The translations under genes and the position numbers were made by a program. From NCBI RefSeq assembly GCF_006345805.1, contig NC_043001.1, positions 62,000,001 to 62,064,000 of the forward strand: 64,000 bases of DNA. The letters are read 5' to 3'. Position 1 is the first letter of the stretch. Every line of letters begins with the position of its first letter. Positions 38,576 to 52,083 of the stretch are shown in pieces. The notes under the pieces were generated by a model. It did no database searches and was not told where the DNA came from. It saw only the letters and a program-made list of their open reading frames with translations. The stretch is from Octopus sinensis (lineage: Eukaryota).

Positions 38576-38629
38576 TAGTACATAGGAACAAGTTTTGATT
38601 GGTAGTTGGTTTCATGACATCACTTTATT

Positions 38630-40560
38630 TACATAAAACACCTGTCTTTATTCTGGTCAAGATTGACGTTCTGCTTGGTTGACTTCCTTGTAGGGATTTG
38701 GTCATTAATTTTTGCTTAATGGTCATCAACCATGGTCATCAACTCAGTTGATTCTCTTAAGGAGTCAGTTTATTTTTTTCTGAAGGAAGGATCACAGGAT
38801 AGTTTAATTGACTTCTTGCATTTCTGAGACTGTTATACTAAAAATTATGGTTTTAAGTCCAATATAAAATTTATGTCTAGTTTTTTAAAAACTAGCATTG
38901 AATTTTTGGACAGAAAGGTTAATTTTTTTGAAGATTGAATTGTGACAGAGTTATTTTGCAAGCCCATGTCATCCCACATTTAATTCCACCTCCACTCCAA
39001 TCATCTACATCATATAATTCAGTTAAATCTGAAATCCCAATATTTCAGGATAAAATAGATTTATACTGATATAGATGATTACTGGAAACATGCAAATCCT
39101 TTTGTATATCATTTTGTCAGACTCAGTTACAGTGAATTACAATTAAAGGAAATTGCAAATGACATAGCCAAGATTAGCAAGGAAAGTCAAACTATCACAC
39201 ATAATTTTAGAAAACAAAGTAAAATATGTGATAGAATTCCTTTAGTGATTAACTGGCACCGAAATTTCACTGACATTTCAAAGGTGTTACATGAAAGTTA
39301 TCAGCATGTTGCAGAAAAATATCATTGTTTCAAACAAATATTCCCTCAGCCACCTATTGTAGACTTTAGATGAAATAAAAAATATAAGAGAACTACTAAC
39401 CTCTACTTCTTACTCCAAGAAAACTAACATTGGAGTTTCTCGCATACTGTATCTTGAAAATCAGCTGTAAGAGAGGTAAGCCCTTTTCATTATGCAACAA
39501 CATGTGTCACGTGAATTCCATCAGGAATCATAACAAAAATGTTATGATTTATATGGAAGGTGGGACATGTAGAGATTCTCATTTGGTGTATGCGGCAGAA
39601 TGCACCAAACACAACTTGATTCATGTTGGTTGTATGACAGAAGAATTAAACAAAAGATTCAACGGGCACAGGTATGACGTCAGGCACAATAACAGTAGTT
39701 CAACAGAACTTGCTGAACATTTTACATCAAATGGCTTTAGTTTTGAAAAAGACTTGAAAGTGCATATTCTCAGAAAATATTCTGAATCTACTACACTTTC
39801 AGTTCTCAAAATGCTGGAGAAGAAATATGTTTGAGTTCTTAACATCACGCCCTGGAGGATGTCTTGCAAACAACTTGCACATGCAAGTGCTACCAGTCAA
39901 AAGCTCCATATACCGGAAGCCAGCAAGTGTATGGGGTCATCAGGAGAGAATGCGCGCCGTTTCGGGGCCTACCTCTTGATGGCATCATTGCGCACCAGCC
40001 CCCCTCACTGATATGAGGCCTCGCTTGCTAGATCAGCTGGTTATGAAGTTAAGCTCAATATCCTTCTAGCCATCACTCATCGTCTCTTTTTAACCAAATC
40101 CAGTGGCTAGCCTTCTCCACTGTAGATTGGATATCAGTCATGGTGGTATTGACCTCACGATGAGTTAGGCCTAGCGATAACAACAGTCGTCTCACACTGT
40201 GTCCAACGAACCCTCTACATCCGACTTCGATTGGAAAATGTTCTGCTTTCCAGCCTGTGTCTTCACATTCCTCGAGGAGGTTTACATAAGGGTTCAATTT
40301 TCGAGCCCGAGCGGCATCCATATTATCTTCATGAACAAAATGATGGCAATTTCATCACATACACAAAACTGTTTGATTAAATATTTTTCTTTTTCTTTTC
40401 CTTTTTTTATGTTTTTTTCTTTTTCTTTTTGCCAGTTGTAAAATTGATAATTGAAGACTGATGATGTCATTCCATCAAAGTAGAAACACAGGATCTCCTC
40501 GTTCAAATTTCTGAATTTCTATAATTTTGAATTTTTATGTATCACTTTTCATTTTCAACT
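38630..40560 (+). mobile_element. Degenerate Penelope-like element, interrupted by a HERO-like fragment
   Basis: IEFLD, HSNHL, RIPLV..WH, C..C linker, HLVYAAECTKHNLIHVGCMTEELNKRFNGHRYD (GIY-YIG); CTGATGA..GAAA remnant at 40453-40500. Confidence 0.75.
39841..40321 (-). mobile_element. 3' fragment of HERO-like (RLE-type) non-LTR retrotransposon
   Basis: ORF 40073-40321: ARARKLNPYVNLLEECEDTGWKAEHFPIEVGCRGFVG..VEKASHWIWLKR, matching the HERO C-terminus; GC/CpG-rich 3' UTR 39841-40072. Confidence 0.8.
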
Positions 40561-41107
40561 CGACAAAGACAGATAAGCTGTCAAAATATCCTTCAAGCCA
40601 ATAAAATACCTATTGCAATCGCATCACACTCTTCATATTGTGTATATACCTTTGTGTTGAGTTATGCCAATCTTTTTAAAATATTATTATTGTTGTTGTT
40701 ATTATTATTATTATTAATAATAACTATTTTACTGCGGTCTTTTTTGTTCTAGAATTCAATAATTTTCCTGAACCTTAGATGTAATTGCATAGATTGGTAA
40801 CTAGATGGATGTAACTGGGTGCAAATGCAGTTTCTGGGATATCTATACTGCAGCAGCACGTGCATCAGAAGCATTTAAATCAAATATGCTGTATAACTGT
40901 CTAAAGAAATAAATAAAATATGCAGATGTATTTATCTCCATATTGTGAAGTACTTACGACCCACTAAAGCAGATCCCAGATTTACCAGTTAAATGAAATA
41001 CATTGGGATTGCCTACTTCAAGTAATCCTAGGTGCTCAATATGGTTACCCACAATGTGGATTATAACTGAGTGCTTGAACAGGACTCACCAGGATACTTT
41101 ATACCTT

Positions 41108-41139
<32 letters not shown>

Positions 41140-41145
<6 letters not shown>

Positions 41146-42010
41146 CATTATATTGACGACTGTATCGGTGCGACCTCACTCTCCCGCAAACATCTAGACT
41201 CTTTCCTCTCTTCTGTCAAATCTTTCCATCCTGCCCTCCACTTCTCCTGCTCTGTCTCTGATACCTCTATCTTCTTTCTTGATATTTCGGTCAGCATTCA
41301 TCATTCCACTCTCACCACCTCTATCCACTACAAACACACAGACTCACACACATACCTCAACTTCTCCTCCTCCCACCCTAAACACACCAAGTTTTCTATC
41401 CCCTATTCCCAATTCCTCCGTCTACACAGGCTCTGCAGTGATGACCATGGCTTTGAGACTCAGTCTCAACACTTCATCCTACATAGATATCCCCTCACCA
41501 CTATCCACACTGCCATTGCCAGAGCACGTTCCGTGGACCATGCATCTGCTCTCTCCACCCGTCCCGCTTTCTACCGTTTCCCCTCACCTACCACCCTACT
41601 ACCCTACCTCTCCAACACACTATTCTCCAATCCTTCTGGCAACTCCAGTCCAACCCCTCCACTTTGCACATCTTCCCTAACTGACCCCTCCCCTCCTTCA
41701 AATGAGCCCGCAACCTACGAGACCTCTTGGTCCACAGCTTCTTCTCTAACCCAACCTCCCAACCCAGCTTGTTCCTCTGCTCCTGCCCATGCTGCTGCAC
41801 TTGCTCTTACCTCTCCAACACCACCCTCCTCACAGGCACCCATCATCGACCCTAAAATTGGTAGAAATGCAGGTGACTCTTTCACCTGCACTTCTACCAA
41901 TGCTATCTACTGCATCTCCTGCTCTCTCTGCCCTTCTCATCTCACCCCACCCCATCCCTTACACCCACTCCCACATACTCCATCACTACTCCCACCCTCA
42001 GCTTAACCCA
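41140..42010 (+). mobile_element. 5'-truncated Penelope-like element (C-rich)
   Basis: YIDDCIG, FHPALHFS, FFLDISV, YKHTDSHTYLNFSSSHP..SIPYSQFLRLHRLCS, FTCTSTNAIYCISC; starts at (TA)n. Confidence 0.85.
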
Positions 42011-42371
42011 CACCCCACCCTTGCTTTCCCCACTCTCGCCTCCCCCACATCCCAACAACACCACCACACCATACACCATACTCAGAATGTAGCAAGAGGT
42101 GAAACACTGCTAAGCATTTTGCCCATCATGCTAATGATTCTGTCAGCTTGCCAAAAATAATAATAATAGTTTCAAATTTTAGCATAAGGCCAGTAGCTTT
42201 GGAGGGGAGGGGGAAATTGATTACATCGAACCCAGTACTCAACTGGTATTTATTTTATCAACCCTGAAAGGAGAAAAGGCAAAGTCAACCTCAGCAGAAT
42301 TTAACTCAGTACATAAGGAAGGATGACTAAGCACTTTGTCTAGTGTGGTAAAGGTAATAATGATGATTACT

Positions 42372-42783
42372 GTCTCTTTTACTCTTTTACTTGTTTCAGT
42401 CATTTGACTGCGGCCATGCTGGAGCACCGCCTTTAGTCGAGCAAATTGACCCCGGGAATTATTCTTTGTAAGCCCAGTACTTATTCTATCGGTCTCTTTT
42501 GCCGAACCGCTAAGTGACGGGGACGTAAACACACCAGCATCGGTCGTCAAGCAATGCTAGAGGGACAAACACAGACACACAAACATACACATACATGCAT
42601 ATATATATATACATATATACGACAGGCTTCTTTCAGTTTCCGTCTACCAAATCCACTCACAAGGCTTTGGTCGGCCCGAGGCTATAGCAGAAGACACTTG
42701 CCCAAGATGCCACGCAGTGGGACTGAACCCGGAACCATGTGGTTGGTTAGCAAGCTACTTACCACACAGCCACTCCTGCACCT
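42372..42783 (-). mobile_element. Abundant tRNA-type SINE, young copy (older copies ~51000-51372, 53925-54470, 59895-60320)
   Basis: Minus: GGAGTGGCTGTGTGGTAAG..GGTTCAGTCCC (A/B boxes), body CCGACCAAAGCCTTGTGAGTGGATTTGGTAGACGG, internal (TA/CA)n. Confidence 0.85.
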
Positions 42784-43044
42784 ATAATGATAATAATAAT
42801 AATAATAATCCTTTCTACTAAAAGCACAAGGCCTGAAATTATGGGGGAGGGAACTAATCGATTACATCAGCCACAGTAATCAACTGGTACTTAATTTATT
42901 GACCCCAAAAGGATGAAAGGCAAAGCTGACATTGGTGGGATTTGAACTCTGAATGTAAAGATGGACAAAACACCATTAAGCATTTTGCCCAGCATGCTAG
43001 CAATTCTGCCAGCACACCACCCTAATAATAATAATAACAATGAT

Positions 43045-46000
43045 GATTTCTTTTATTTGTCACCAGGGTGAAGGATGAGGAGGACAATACAAAGACAGAC
43101 AGACAGTGTGCGAGTTTACATATAATGGAATGATAGAAAAATATATATATATACAGTATACATTAAATGAAGGGAAGTGTACATAGTGTATGGCACAAAG
43201 AAAAAATGGGGATAGTGATAGTACCCTGATACAGGAGAACTTCTAGGGATAATTGAGGAACCCCATCATCCAAGATCACCTTGAATACCAAAGACAAGTG
43301 CCCTCCTCAACTCCTTTCTTCCGATTCACAGGTTTATATTTAGAGCAGTACCATCCACTCTTGCCATTTTCACAACTTTCACCCACCTCCCTTTTTAAGT
43401 GAAACTTGGAAAAGTCAATGAGGGTTTTACCAAAGTGGTATGTTTCTGTCCTCATCCCTTTCAGCCTCATCTACCAGACAATGTATTTTGCCACAGCCAC
43501 CAGGCATACAAAAACTGCTTTGCCTGCCCAATTAAAAGAAGGTGGTGGGGCAATCATCACTATGGACTCGGATGACAGACAGACCCATCTTACACATGAC
43601 AGCAGGTGTTCGACATAACTTCACAAGACAACAATGCCCAGACACTGAACGAGTGTGTGAAGAATGGTTTCATCAGTCTGCAGACACTTCAGACAAGCCT
43701 GTCTGACAGTATATCCATGCCTGTAGAGTTTATCTCGAATTGGTGGCACTGCCAAGCCAAAGGCATCTGGAAATTATCCATAATAGTCCCCAACTGAAAA
43801 GTCCTCCAGAACAGACTAGCCAGTTTATCTTTGTCAATGCCCAGAATCTCCCCTAAGATGTCATTGCACTTCCTCACCACTAATCCTCTATATATAGCTA
43901 AAGTGGAACATCCACTAATCCTATCACCCAACTGATAGAGGACAGTGAGCGCCTGACATTCTAGGTACCAGGCGCCTAGTCTTGGTCTATCTTTCACCCA
44001 GGACTGCAGCTCTGTCAAGGAGATGAGTTACAGAAAAACATACTGCACAAACAGAGCCCACACATGTTCAGCTTCTAAAGAGTGTGTATCTGCACATCAA
44101 AAGCCTTGGCATACCTAATCTTCCACTTAGAGGGAGCTGGCAGCAGACTGACTGCCTGACCACTGGAACATGTCCCTTCCACTAGAAAATGAACAAGAGA
44201 CGCTCCACCTTGATCAAGCATTAACTGGGGCAAGGCACAACTATCAGATAATAAATGATGATGGAGGCAATGTAGGTATTCACCACCACTGCCCAACTTT
44301 TCAAGGACAGCTTCCTTTCAGTCCATTTCTGGGTATGACTGGCCATTCTTTCGTCACTTCATCCCAGTTCTTATCCCTGGAAGTTAGGACTGAACCAGAC
44401 CCCAAGCATGGAGTTTGGGACCAAACCAAACAACGCCATCTGACAGCATTGACCTGCCTCTCCAGGTAAGCCCACCAACTTCTTGGCATTGATTTTGGCC
44501 CCTGCAACTGACTCATATTCCTCTAGAATGGAGTTGACTGTCTGCACTTTGGAGTTGTCCAACACCATGATAGTGACATCATCCATGTATGCCGACATGT
44601 TCTCCCATGTTCCAATTCAAAAGGGATGCCTTTCAATTGTTCCAACTACCATAGCAGTGGGTTGAGAGCCAACACATACAGAAGAGGTGACAATTGGCAA
44701 CCCTGACGGACCAAGCCTGCAATGCTAAACAGTTCCAATAGATGGCCGTTTACTTTGACCATCAAGCAGGTGCTGCTGTACATTGCAGTAATCCAGCCTC
44801 TGCAAACAGGTCTGAAATTGGCCGCTTTAAGAATGACTTCCAAGTAGCAATGGTCAACTCTACCAAATAATTTTGATTGATCTAAATTTATCAGAGCTCC
44901 ACCGAAGCTAGCTTTAGTCCCAGCCCTCTCTGTGATGTAGCGCATAAGGTGGAGGTTGTTGTGGATAGACCTGTTGGGGATTGCACACATTTGTGCTTCC
45001 CCTACTAAACTACCAATGACAAGCACCATCTTTTTCGCTAAAACCTTGGCCAAAATCTAAAATACTGTGTTTAGCAGAGTTATTGGTCAAAAATTCCCTT
45101 GTGCATCTCCACTGTCAGCATCCTTCTTCAACCATGTTACCACATACCAACTAACAGCTCTAAGAATTCTCCCATTCTGCTGCCAGTTGCAGTAGATGTC
45201 TGCCAAGAGGTCACCAAACAAATTCATGGGGCAAACCATCTAAACTTGGCAATTTGCAACGTATACAAACACTCATCACCTATTGTATTTCAGTGGCTAT
45301 TATTGGTTTTTTGCAGAACCTTGCAGCAGGCCAAGAGCAGCGGCAGGCCATCCAAGTATGAACTAAAGACTGCTGCCATTGTTGACCCATCACCCTTCCC
45401 AAACAGTTGCACAAAGTGCCTCTGAAAAGCCACACATATCTGCTCAGAACTATGTACCAATCTATCAAAGACCCAATCGTAGTTTTGTTTCCATGTTGCA
45501 TCTCCACCATTCAGGCCCATCAGATGGTTTTAGTTCCCTCATGATTTAACACATGGGCCTTAACTCTGACAATGCATCCTTCATGTTTCACCTCAAAGTA
45601 ATGGTCAAGAGCCATTCTTGCCACTAATACATCAGTCGCAATGCCTTTACTACTTGGCTTTTCTAGTTTGCTAACTAGTTCTCCCTCTAATCTATTTCTT
45701 TTTATTTCTAACTCTTAGCTAAATACTGTTGATTCTGCTCTAATCGCCCTCTTTGGGGCTATCCATCACCAATTGTTGATGATTGCCCCTTCAACTGCCA
45801 CTTAACCACCCCACTAATCCAGTCTCTGTAGTCTTTGCATGCCAGAAAGAATGCATTCAATTTCCAGTAACCAGATTCCTGTCTATGAGTCCTATCTAAA
45901 TCGACTGTGCAGATCACAAATTTGTAGTCTATATAGTTGGCCAATTTGAATTGAGGACACCCTATGCTGTCCCTATCCACTGACCTAGCAAATACTTTTC

Positions 46001-48342
46001 TAGATTCTATCTGGATGACCCATTGTAGTTGCTCCATGTCCTCGCTGGCACATCAGGGAATCCAGTCAATACCTATCAGACAGCTGGAAGTTTCTGGGCA
46101 GGTTTTCAAGGCTTTTACACCCACTTCTTCTATGTACAAGACCCACACAGTCCTTCTGCACATCTAAAATACTATTCCAGTCCACCACTAGTACTAAAGT
46201 GTGTGACTTTCCCAGGAATGTTTCTAGACACTTGAAGAAATCTGGCTTGTCAGGGCATACATGACTTCCAATATAAAGGTACCACCTTCACTGCCTTTCA
46301 CATCTAGGACCATCGACCTACTATCCAGATCGAAGAAGACTGCCCTTACTTTGTGACCTAAGGATTTTCGGAATAACACTGCTACACTGCTGCCCACTCC
46401 CAACAGACCACATGATGAGGATACCACACAGTCTTCAAAAATGGATGCAAGAGCAAGTTTCCCAGAAATTCTTGTCTCACTAATTGCTGTCACATCTAAA
46501 TTAAGAGGCCTGAGATTGTTGAGCAGGTGACCCTGCTTCCAAGCCAAACCCAGGCCCTGAACATTTACACAGCCTACTCTAAGTGTAACCATTTAACTTA
46601 GAGAAAAGTAATTGGAGTTATGTACCTTGGTCTTCAGGGATGACTGTTGACACAGTCCTCTTTTTTGTCAAGTGGGGAAGGATTTTTTCTAGAAAGTTTT
46701 TTTTTTAGGTACTCACTAAACCACCCAATATCCTGGAGGAATTTTTGTTTCAAATCCAGACATGTATCCGTATCTGTTTGGATTAACATCCTGTCCGATG
46801 GAGTTTTTGGGAGACGTTCTGCAAAACCTTCTCCACTTGTTACAATGTTTTTATTAATTACTTCCTCAATCAATTCAATGCTGCTCTTCTGAACACCAAT
46901 GGCGTTGATGAAAGAAGTATGTACCCAAAAGTGTGACTCTTGGTCATTTTATTTTCCGGATGTTTTAGTTTACATGTGTTTTGTGGTTGTGAGTGTGTTT
47001 GCAAAAATGGGTTCTCTTGTGATGAAGGTATTGATGTTAGTGTCAACTTGTTTTTAATTTGTGTAGTGACAAATTTTGTTTTCTACCATCATATCTAAGT
47101 GCCTTCAATTTGGGATGGTTTTTGTTTGCTTCAGATTCAGTTTTTCTCTTATCCTCAACAAAAGCCTTTTGGTGTGATGTCAATGATGTCTTTGCTTTTG
47201 TGAGGCCTGAGGTGGTATATGTGAAGTAGTAGTTTTGTCCACACCTTAAGGAGTTGGTAGTAACAGTGGAGAGCTTCATGCTTTCTCCACTGTGGGGCAA
47301 AAGGCTTTGAGGTGGTTTATATTTCCACATACAAAACACTTCATTTTTTTTTCTTTTCTTTTTTCTATTGGGCGTCTGTTTGCAGGAGAAACTAGAATTC
47401 CAGTCCTATTGAGTTATGGGGTGAATTTAATCTCCACAATCTCCCCACATTCCTCCAAAATGGCTAAAACTCTCACTGGATCATGGTTAACTGGCATGTT
47501 CTTGACTCAAATTCAAGTCAACCTTTTACCCATGTACATAACACCTGGTATCGTAATGTCATTTTTGTATCGCAGTGTTTTATTTTTCAAATCTGGAACT
47601 GAATGGACAGTCCATTGGCTCACTGGTCTCAAAAGGGATATAGCTTCATTGTGGTTCTTTATATTATTATTGCTGTTGCTGCTGTTGTTGTTGCTATTGT
47701 TGTTGTCATTGTTTTCCATACTGTTACCATTGATAACTGCATTGTTCTTTTTGTTGTTGTTGTTTTCAGTCTTGTTGTTCATGTCACTGTTGTTGTTTTC
47801 AATCTTGCTCATGTTGTTAATATTGTTATTGATATAGTTGCCATTATTGTTGTTGCTGCTGCTTGTGCTGTTGCCATTCACATTGTCGCTACTGCTGTTG
47901 TTGTTATCATCCTCATTCTCATTGTCATTGCTGCTGTTAGTACTTTGGCACTTGTTACTGCTATCATAGCAACAAAAGGAAATTTTATTTCTCTTTAACA
48001 AGAAATCAATTTTAACTTCAGTTGCATTCTGTGTCACAACTGTGTCAACAGAATGCTGCTCTCTGTTGATTATTATGATTTTGTTGTTATCCAAAACTTT
48101 TAAAATTTGAAAAATAAATGAAATCTTGTCTCCACAAAAATGAAAAACAATTGTTACAGAGTTTATACCCCCAAAAAGGGGATGCATGTACACAAAAATG
48201 TTACCATCGTGATCCAAACAATGCATTCAAGACAATTATTTTAAAATATTTGACTGAATGGGCTGCAACCAGCTGAAACACTTGATTAAACACTTATACA
48301 TCATGGATCTCCAGCTTTGTATATCTTCTCAGTATGGTGGCC
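43045..48342 (-). mobile_element. Full-length L1/Tx1-like LINE (ORF1 + APE-RT ORF2), degenerate
   Basis: ORF1 remnants with zinc knuckle CFVCGNINHLKAFCP (~47293-47340) and an Asn-rich tract; ORF2 from 46592: CVNVQGL..LDVTAISET, SGYWKLN, VRQGCQLSPLLYVLAL, AYMDDV; AATAAA at the 3' end; (AAT)n on both flanks. Confidence 0.85.
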
Positions 48343-49627
48343 ATAATAATAACAGCAACATAATAATAACAGTTTCTGACTTAGATAAAAAAAAATGGCC
48401 AGCAATTTTATGGGGAAGGTGTTAGTCAGTACGGTTGACTTAATTTTTTTATTGTTATTTTATTCTATTGACCCTGAAAGGATGAAAGGTAAAATTGACC
48501 CAAGCAGAATTTGAACTCAGAATGTAAAGAGCTGGAACAAATATCACAAAGCATTTTTCTGATGATGCTCTAATAATTCTGCCAGCTGGCCAATAATAAT
48601 AATAATTTTACAGGAAACATCTATTGCAAAACTAAAAATAACAGATTATTTAATAAATACTATTGAATTATAACAAATGGAACGGAAAAGAAAATAATGT
48701 GTTAATCGACATGGAAATTAAAATATTTTTTAAGCCAGTTTACATCATGTGCATATTTCCTTAGAATATGTTGCAGATTGCTGCAAACTGCAAAAGGTGA
48801 TTGACAATGCAGTCAATGGAGCATGTTATCTGTATGAATAAAAATCAAAATATGTGATAGAGATGATAATTGTTTCACTTTTCAATGATGTATAGGATTG
48901 TGAAAAAGCAGTGTCGATGCTTGCTAGTATAAATAACATTTAACAGAGAACTTCCTGTCTGAAAATGACTTAAAAGTCATGGGCAAATGAACAGAAAGAA
49001 AATGTGAAAAACAAGCTATATAGCAATTGAAACAGCTTAGAACTCTGTGAAAAATTGCATTAGAGATGTGTGAGGTCATTGACCATAAAGATAATGATTT
49101 CTTTTGACCTGGCATATGAAAAGTTTTGAATAAGACCCTTCATTTTATGGTGTCAAAAAACATGTCTGCTTGTGACCACAGCTATGATTCTCTTACAGTA
49201 TCTGTGATGGAGAGGTGGTTTTGGAATAGTTTCTGAATACTGCAAGAAAGAAGCAGGAGTTATGATATGCATGCTTCAAAGATTTTAGTTATATAAGTGG
49301 AATTAAGTTGTTCCAAACATAAATTGAAACTGGTCCACTGAATCCAGAAACTAGTCACTTAGTTGTTTTTAGTGTGAGTGCAGACTGATGGTGTACAGCT
49401 GGCTGTAACTATCCTGTCATTTTATTTCAGATATGTATGTACATACATATATGAATTAACGCATACATGCATGTATGCATACACACATACATACAGGCAG
49501 ACACACATACATACACACATACATACATACATGCATGCATACACACACACATGCATGCACACACACACACACAACACACACACACATACATACATACATA
49601 CATACATACATACATACATACATACAT

Positions 49628-50880
49628 ACATGGTGCATCATAAAAAATTCCCAATTGATTTTTAGTAAAGGGCATAAAAACACACAAGGTCTTTAGGATT
49701 TAATTAAATATGGTCATGTAACATATTAAGATATGTTTCATTCAATATGTTTGTCTTTAGTTTTCACAATCACCTGAAGACTGCTGAGAACAGTCAGACA
49801 AATGCCAGATGACTTCACTTAAACAATCCCATGATGTGACTAAGGCTTTCTTCAAAGTGGTGATATTTTTGTAGGAAACTCTTGGAATGTTGCTTTCTAG
49901 AATGAACTCAGTAGTGAAGTTCATAGGGTTGACATCCGGGCCAGAGGGTGGGGGCACATATTCTTGTCCCAGAACCCACTGAAATGACTCCTGCACCACT
50001 ACTGTGTCACATCAGATGTATGAACAGGAGCACCATCTTGCATGAATCTAATTATCTCCAAATGCTTCAGTCAACCATGGCAAAATTATCCTCTAACATT
50101 TTCATGTAAATTGTTGAACTGACCTTTGTTCCCACTTTAAAGAACACCAGAGGAGATTTTTCACACTACTGCTCAAACCATTACTCTGGTTTCATTTGGT
50201 GAAACACTTTACAGGTACCTTTGGGAGTAGCATCCAATTACATGGCCAAAATCTTGTCAATATGGGTGTTTACTACAGCCTCCACAGTGAATAACTTTTT
50301 GTCCAACCGGATGAAAACATTGTCATCCATGCTCTGAATTTCCTCCACCATTTTCTTGCCCCTATCAAGTTGCTTTGCTTTGGAAGGAGCTGAAATTAGG
50401 TGTCAATGTTGCAATTTTAATGACTTACAATTTAAGTCTTCATGCATGACCAGTTGCATGGTTGTCTGGGAGATATCGGAACTTTTAACCATTTGCCTCA
50501 TGCTCCACCATAGATTTTGTAACACTCTCTTTCAGACAACATCAACCAATTGTTTCATCTTTATGAATCATTTTCAATCAGGAATGGACTTGCTGTCAAG
50601 TGAACCTGTCTCGATGTAGTGTTTCATATCATTATAGACTGTTTCAGGGTCAACACAACACTTGAAGTTATGTCTTGCTTTTTTCAGATCTACAATCTCA
50701 CTTCACCTGTTAGCTGCCATATTGAAACATTTTACTCACAAAATACTAACAAACAATGGAGTGTACATAAACAACTGGATGTCAAGGAGTGCATTTTATT
50801 AATTTTGTGCAATTTCAAACTAAATTTAATACAATAAACTTATCTAAATAAATGGGAATTCATTACAGAATACCCTTTAC
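49628..50880 (-). mobile_element. Tc1/mariner-superfamily relic (DD37D/maT-like), inserted in (CATA)n
   Basis: Minus: FMQDGAPVHT (~50020-50046), PPSGPDVNPMNF (WPPSSPDLNPLD-like); weak TIRs ..AATTCCCA; (CATA)n on both flanks. Confidence 0.7.
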
Positions 50881-50890
50881 ACGCATGCAT

Positions 50891-50924
<34 letters not shown>

Positions 50925-51421
50925 GCACACACACACACACATACATACATACATACATACATACATTGGCCTTGTTGAGGCACTCTCTTAAAGAATTAAG
51001 TTGAACAATTCAATCCCAGTTCTTTTTTTTTTAAAGCCCAATTCTTATTTTATTGGTCTCTTTTTTTTGAAGTCCCTTTTTCTGAGCTATGAAATTATGG
51101 GAGGTGTAAACAAATCAACACTAATTGACAAGCAATGTAGGGTTAAACACACAGATATGCATATTCCCACACTCACACACACACACAAACATACACACAA
51201 CTGGCTTCCACATAGTTTCAGTCTATCAAATTCATTCACATGGCTTTGGTCAGCCTAGGGTTATTGTGGTAGATACTTAAAACACTTACCCAAGGTGCTG
51301 TGCAGTGAAACTGATCCTGAAATCACATGACTGTGAAACATAGCTTCTAAACTACATAGCCATGCCTGCACCTAATGTATAAAGAATTTAGTTAAACTCT
51401 AAATGTACAATTATATTTCAG

Positions 51422-52083
51422 CTGAAGATATTGTCTATAATGAAGCAGTGATGCGTGGTGCATTTGTGCAGTTTCTGCGACGATTAGCTGACCAAGTTGA
51501 AAATGGAATCATCCCACTCTTTGATGCTATGACTTTCAGTCCATACAATACAATATCTAATAATGAAGACATTAGCCATAGCAGCAACACATTCAAAATG
51601 TCTCCACCAACACCACCACTACCACAATCACCATCACAACCATCTCTTGCACCCCTGCTGCCAACAACTCCTGAAGAAATCCAGATGCACTCAGGATGTC
51701 ATTCGATGCTGCAGCATCACCAGAAAAGAGACACATTTCATCAACAACAAATACTGCAACAAAGAAAACTGCTTGAACAACAACAAAGGCAACATCAACA
51801 ACATTGTGAACAACAACAACTACAACTCTCACATCATATGTCTGAAATGAATAATATCAATCTTGACGATGATAATGTGGATGGTGATACCAATAATAAT
51901 GTTAATGATGATGATGATGATGATGATGATGATAGATACAATAGTGATCTCATTGTCGAATCCTCCTTCTCATCTGATACTCTTAACAGTAATGGTCAGT
52001 TTAAGCAAGAAACCAATTTCCAACTTAGTAGTCAAGAACATATCTCTGATGGAGTCTTTCCAGAAGATTCCATCAAACATCAG
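51422..52083 (+). CDS. Internal exon of BEN-domain gene (amphipathic helix + P/Q/N/D-rich low complexity)
   Basis: Acceptor atatttcAG|, open 662 nt, strong donor CAG|GTAAGT in phase 0. Confidence 0.8.

Noticed and set aside
47292-47998. Hydrophobic membrane-protein-like ORFs on +
   Set aside because: Antisense reading of the (AAC)n-rich tract of the LINE ORF1
49378-49696. Overlapping ORFs rich in HT/VC/YI (also ~4884-5299, 30955-31305, 34708-35044, 36074-36287, 60221-60491)
   Set aside because: Microsatellite translation artefacts
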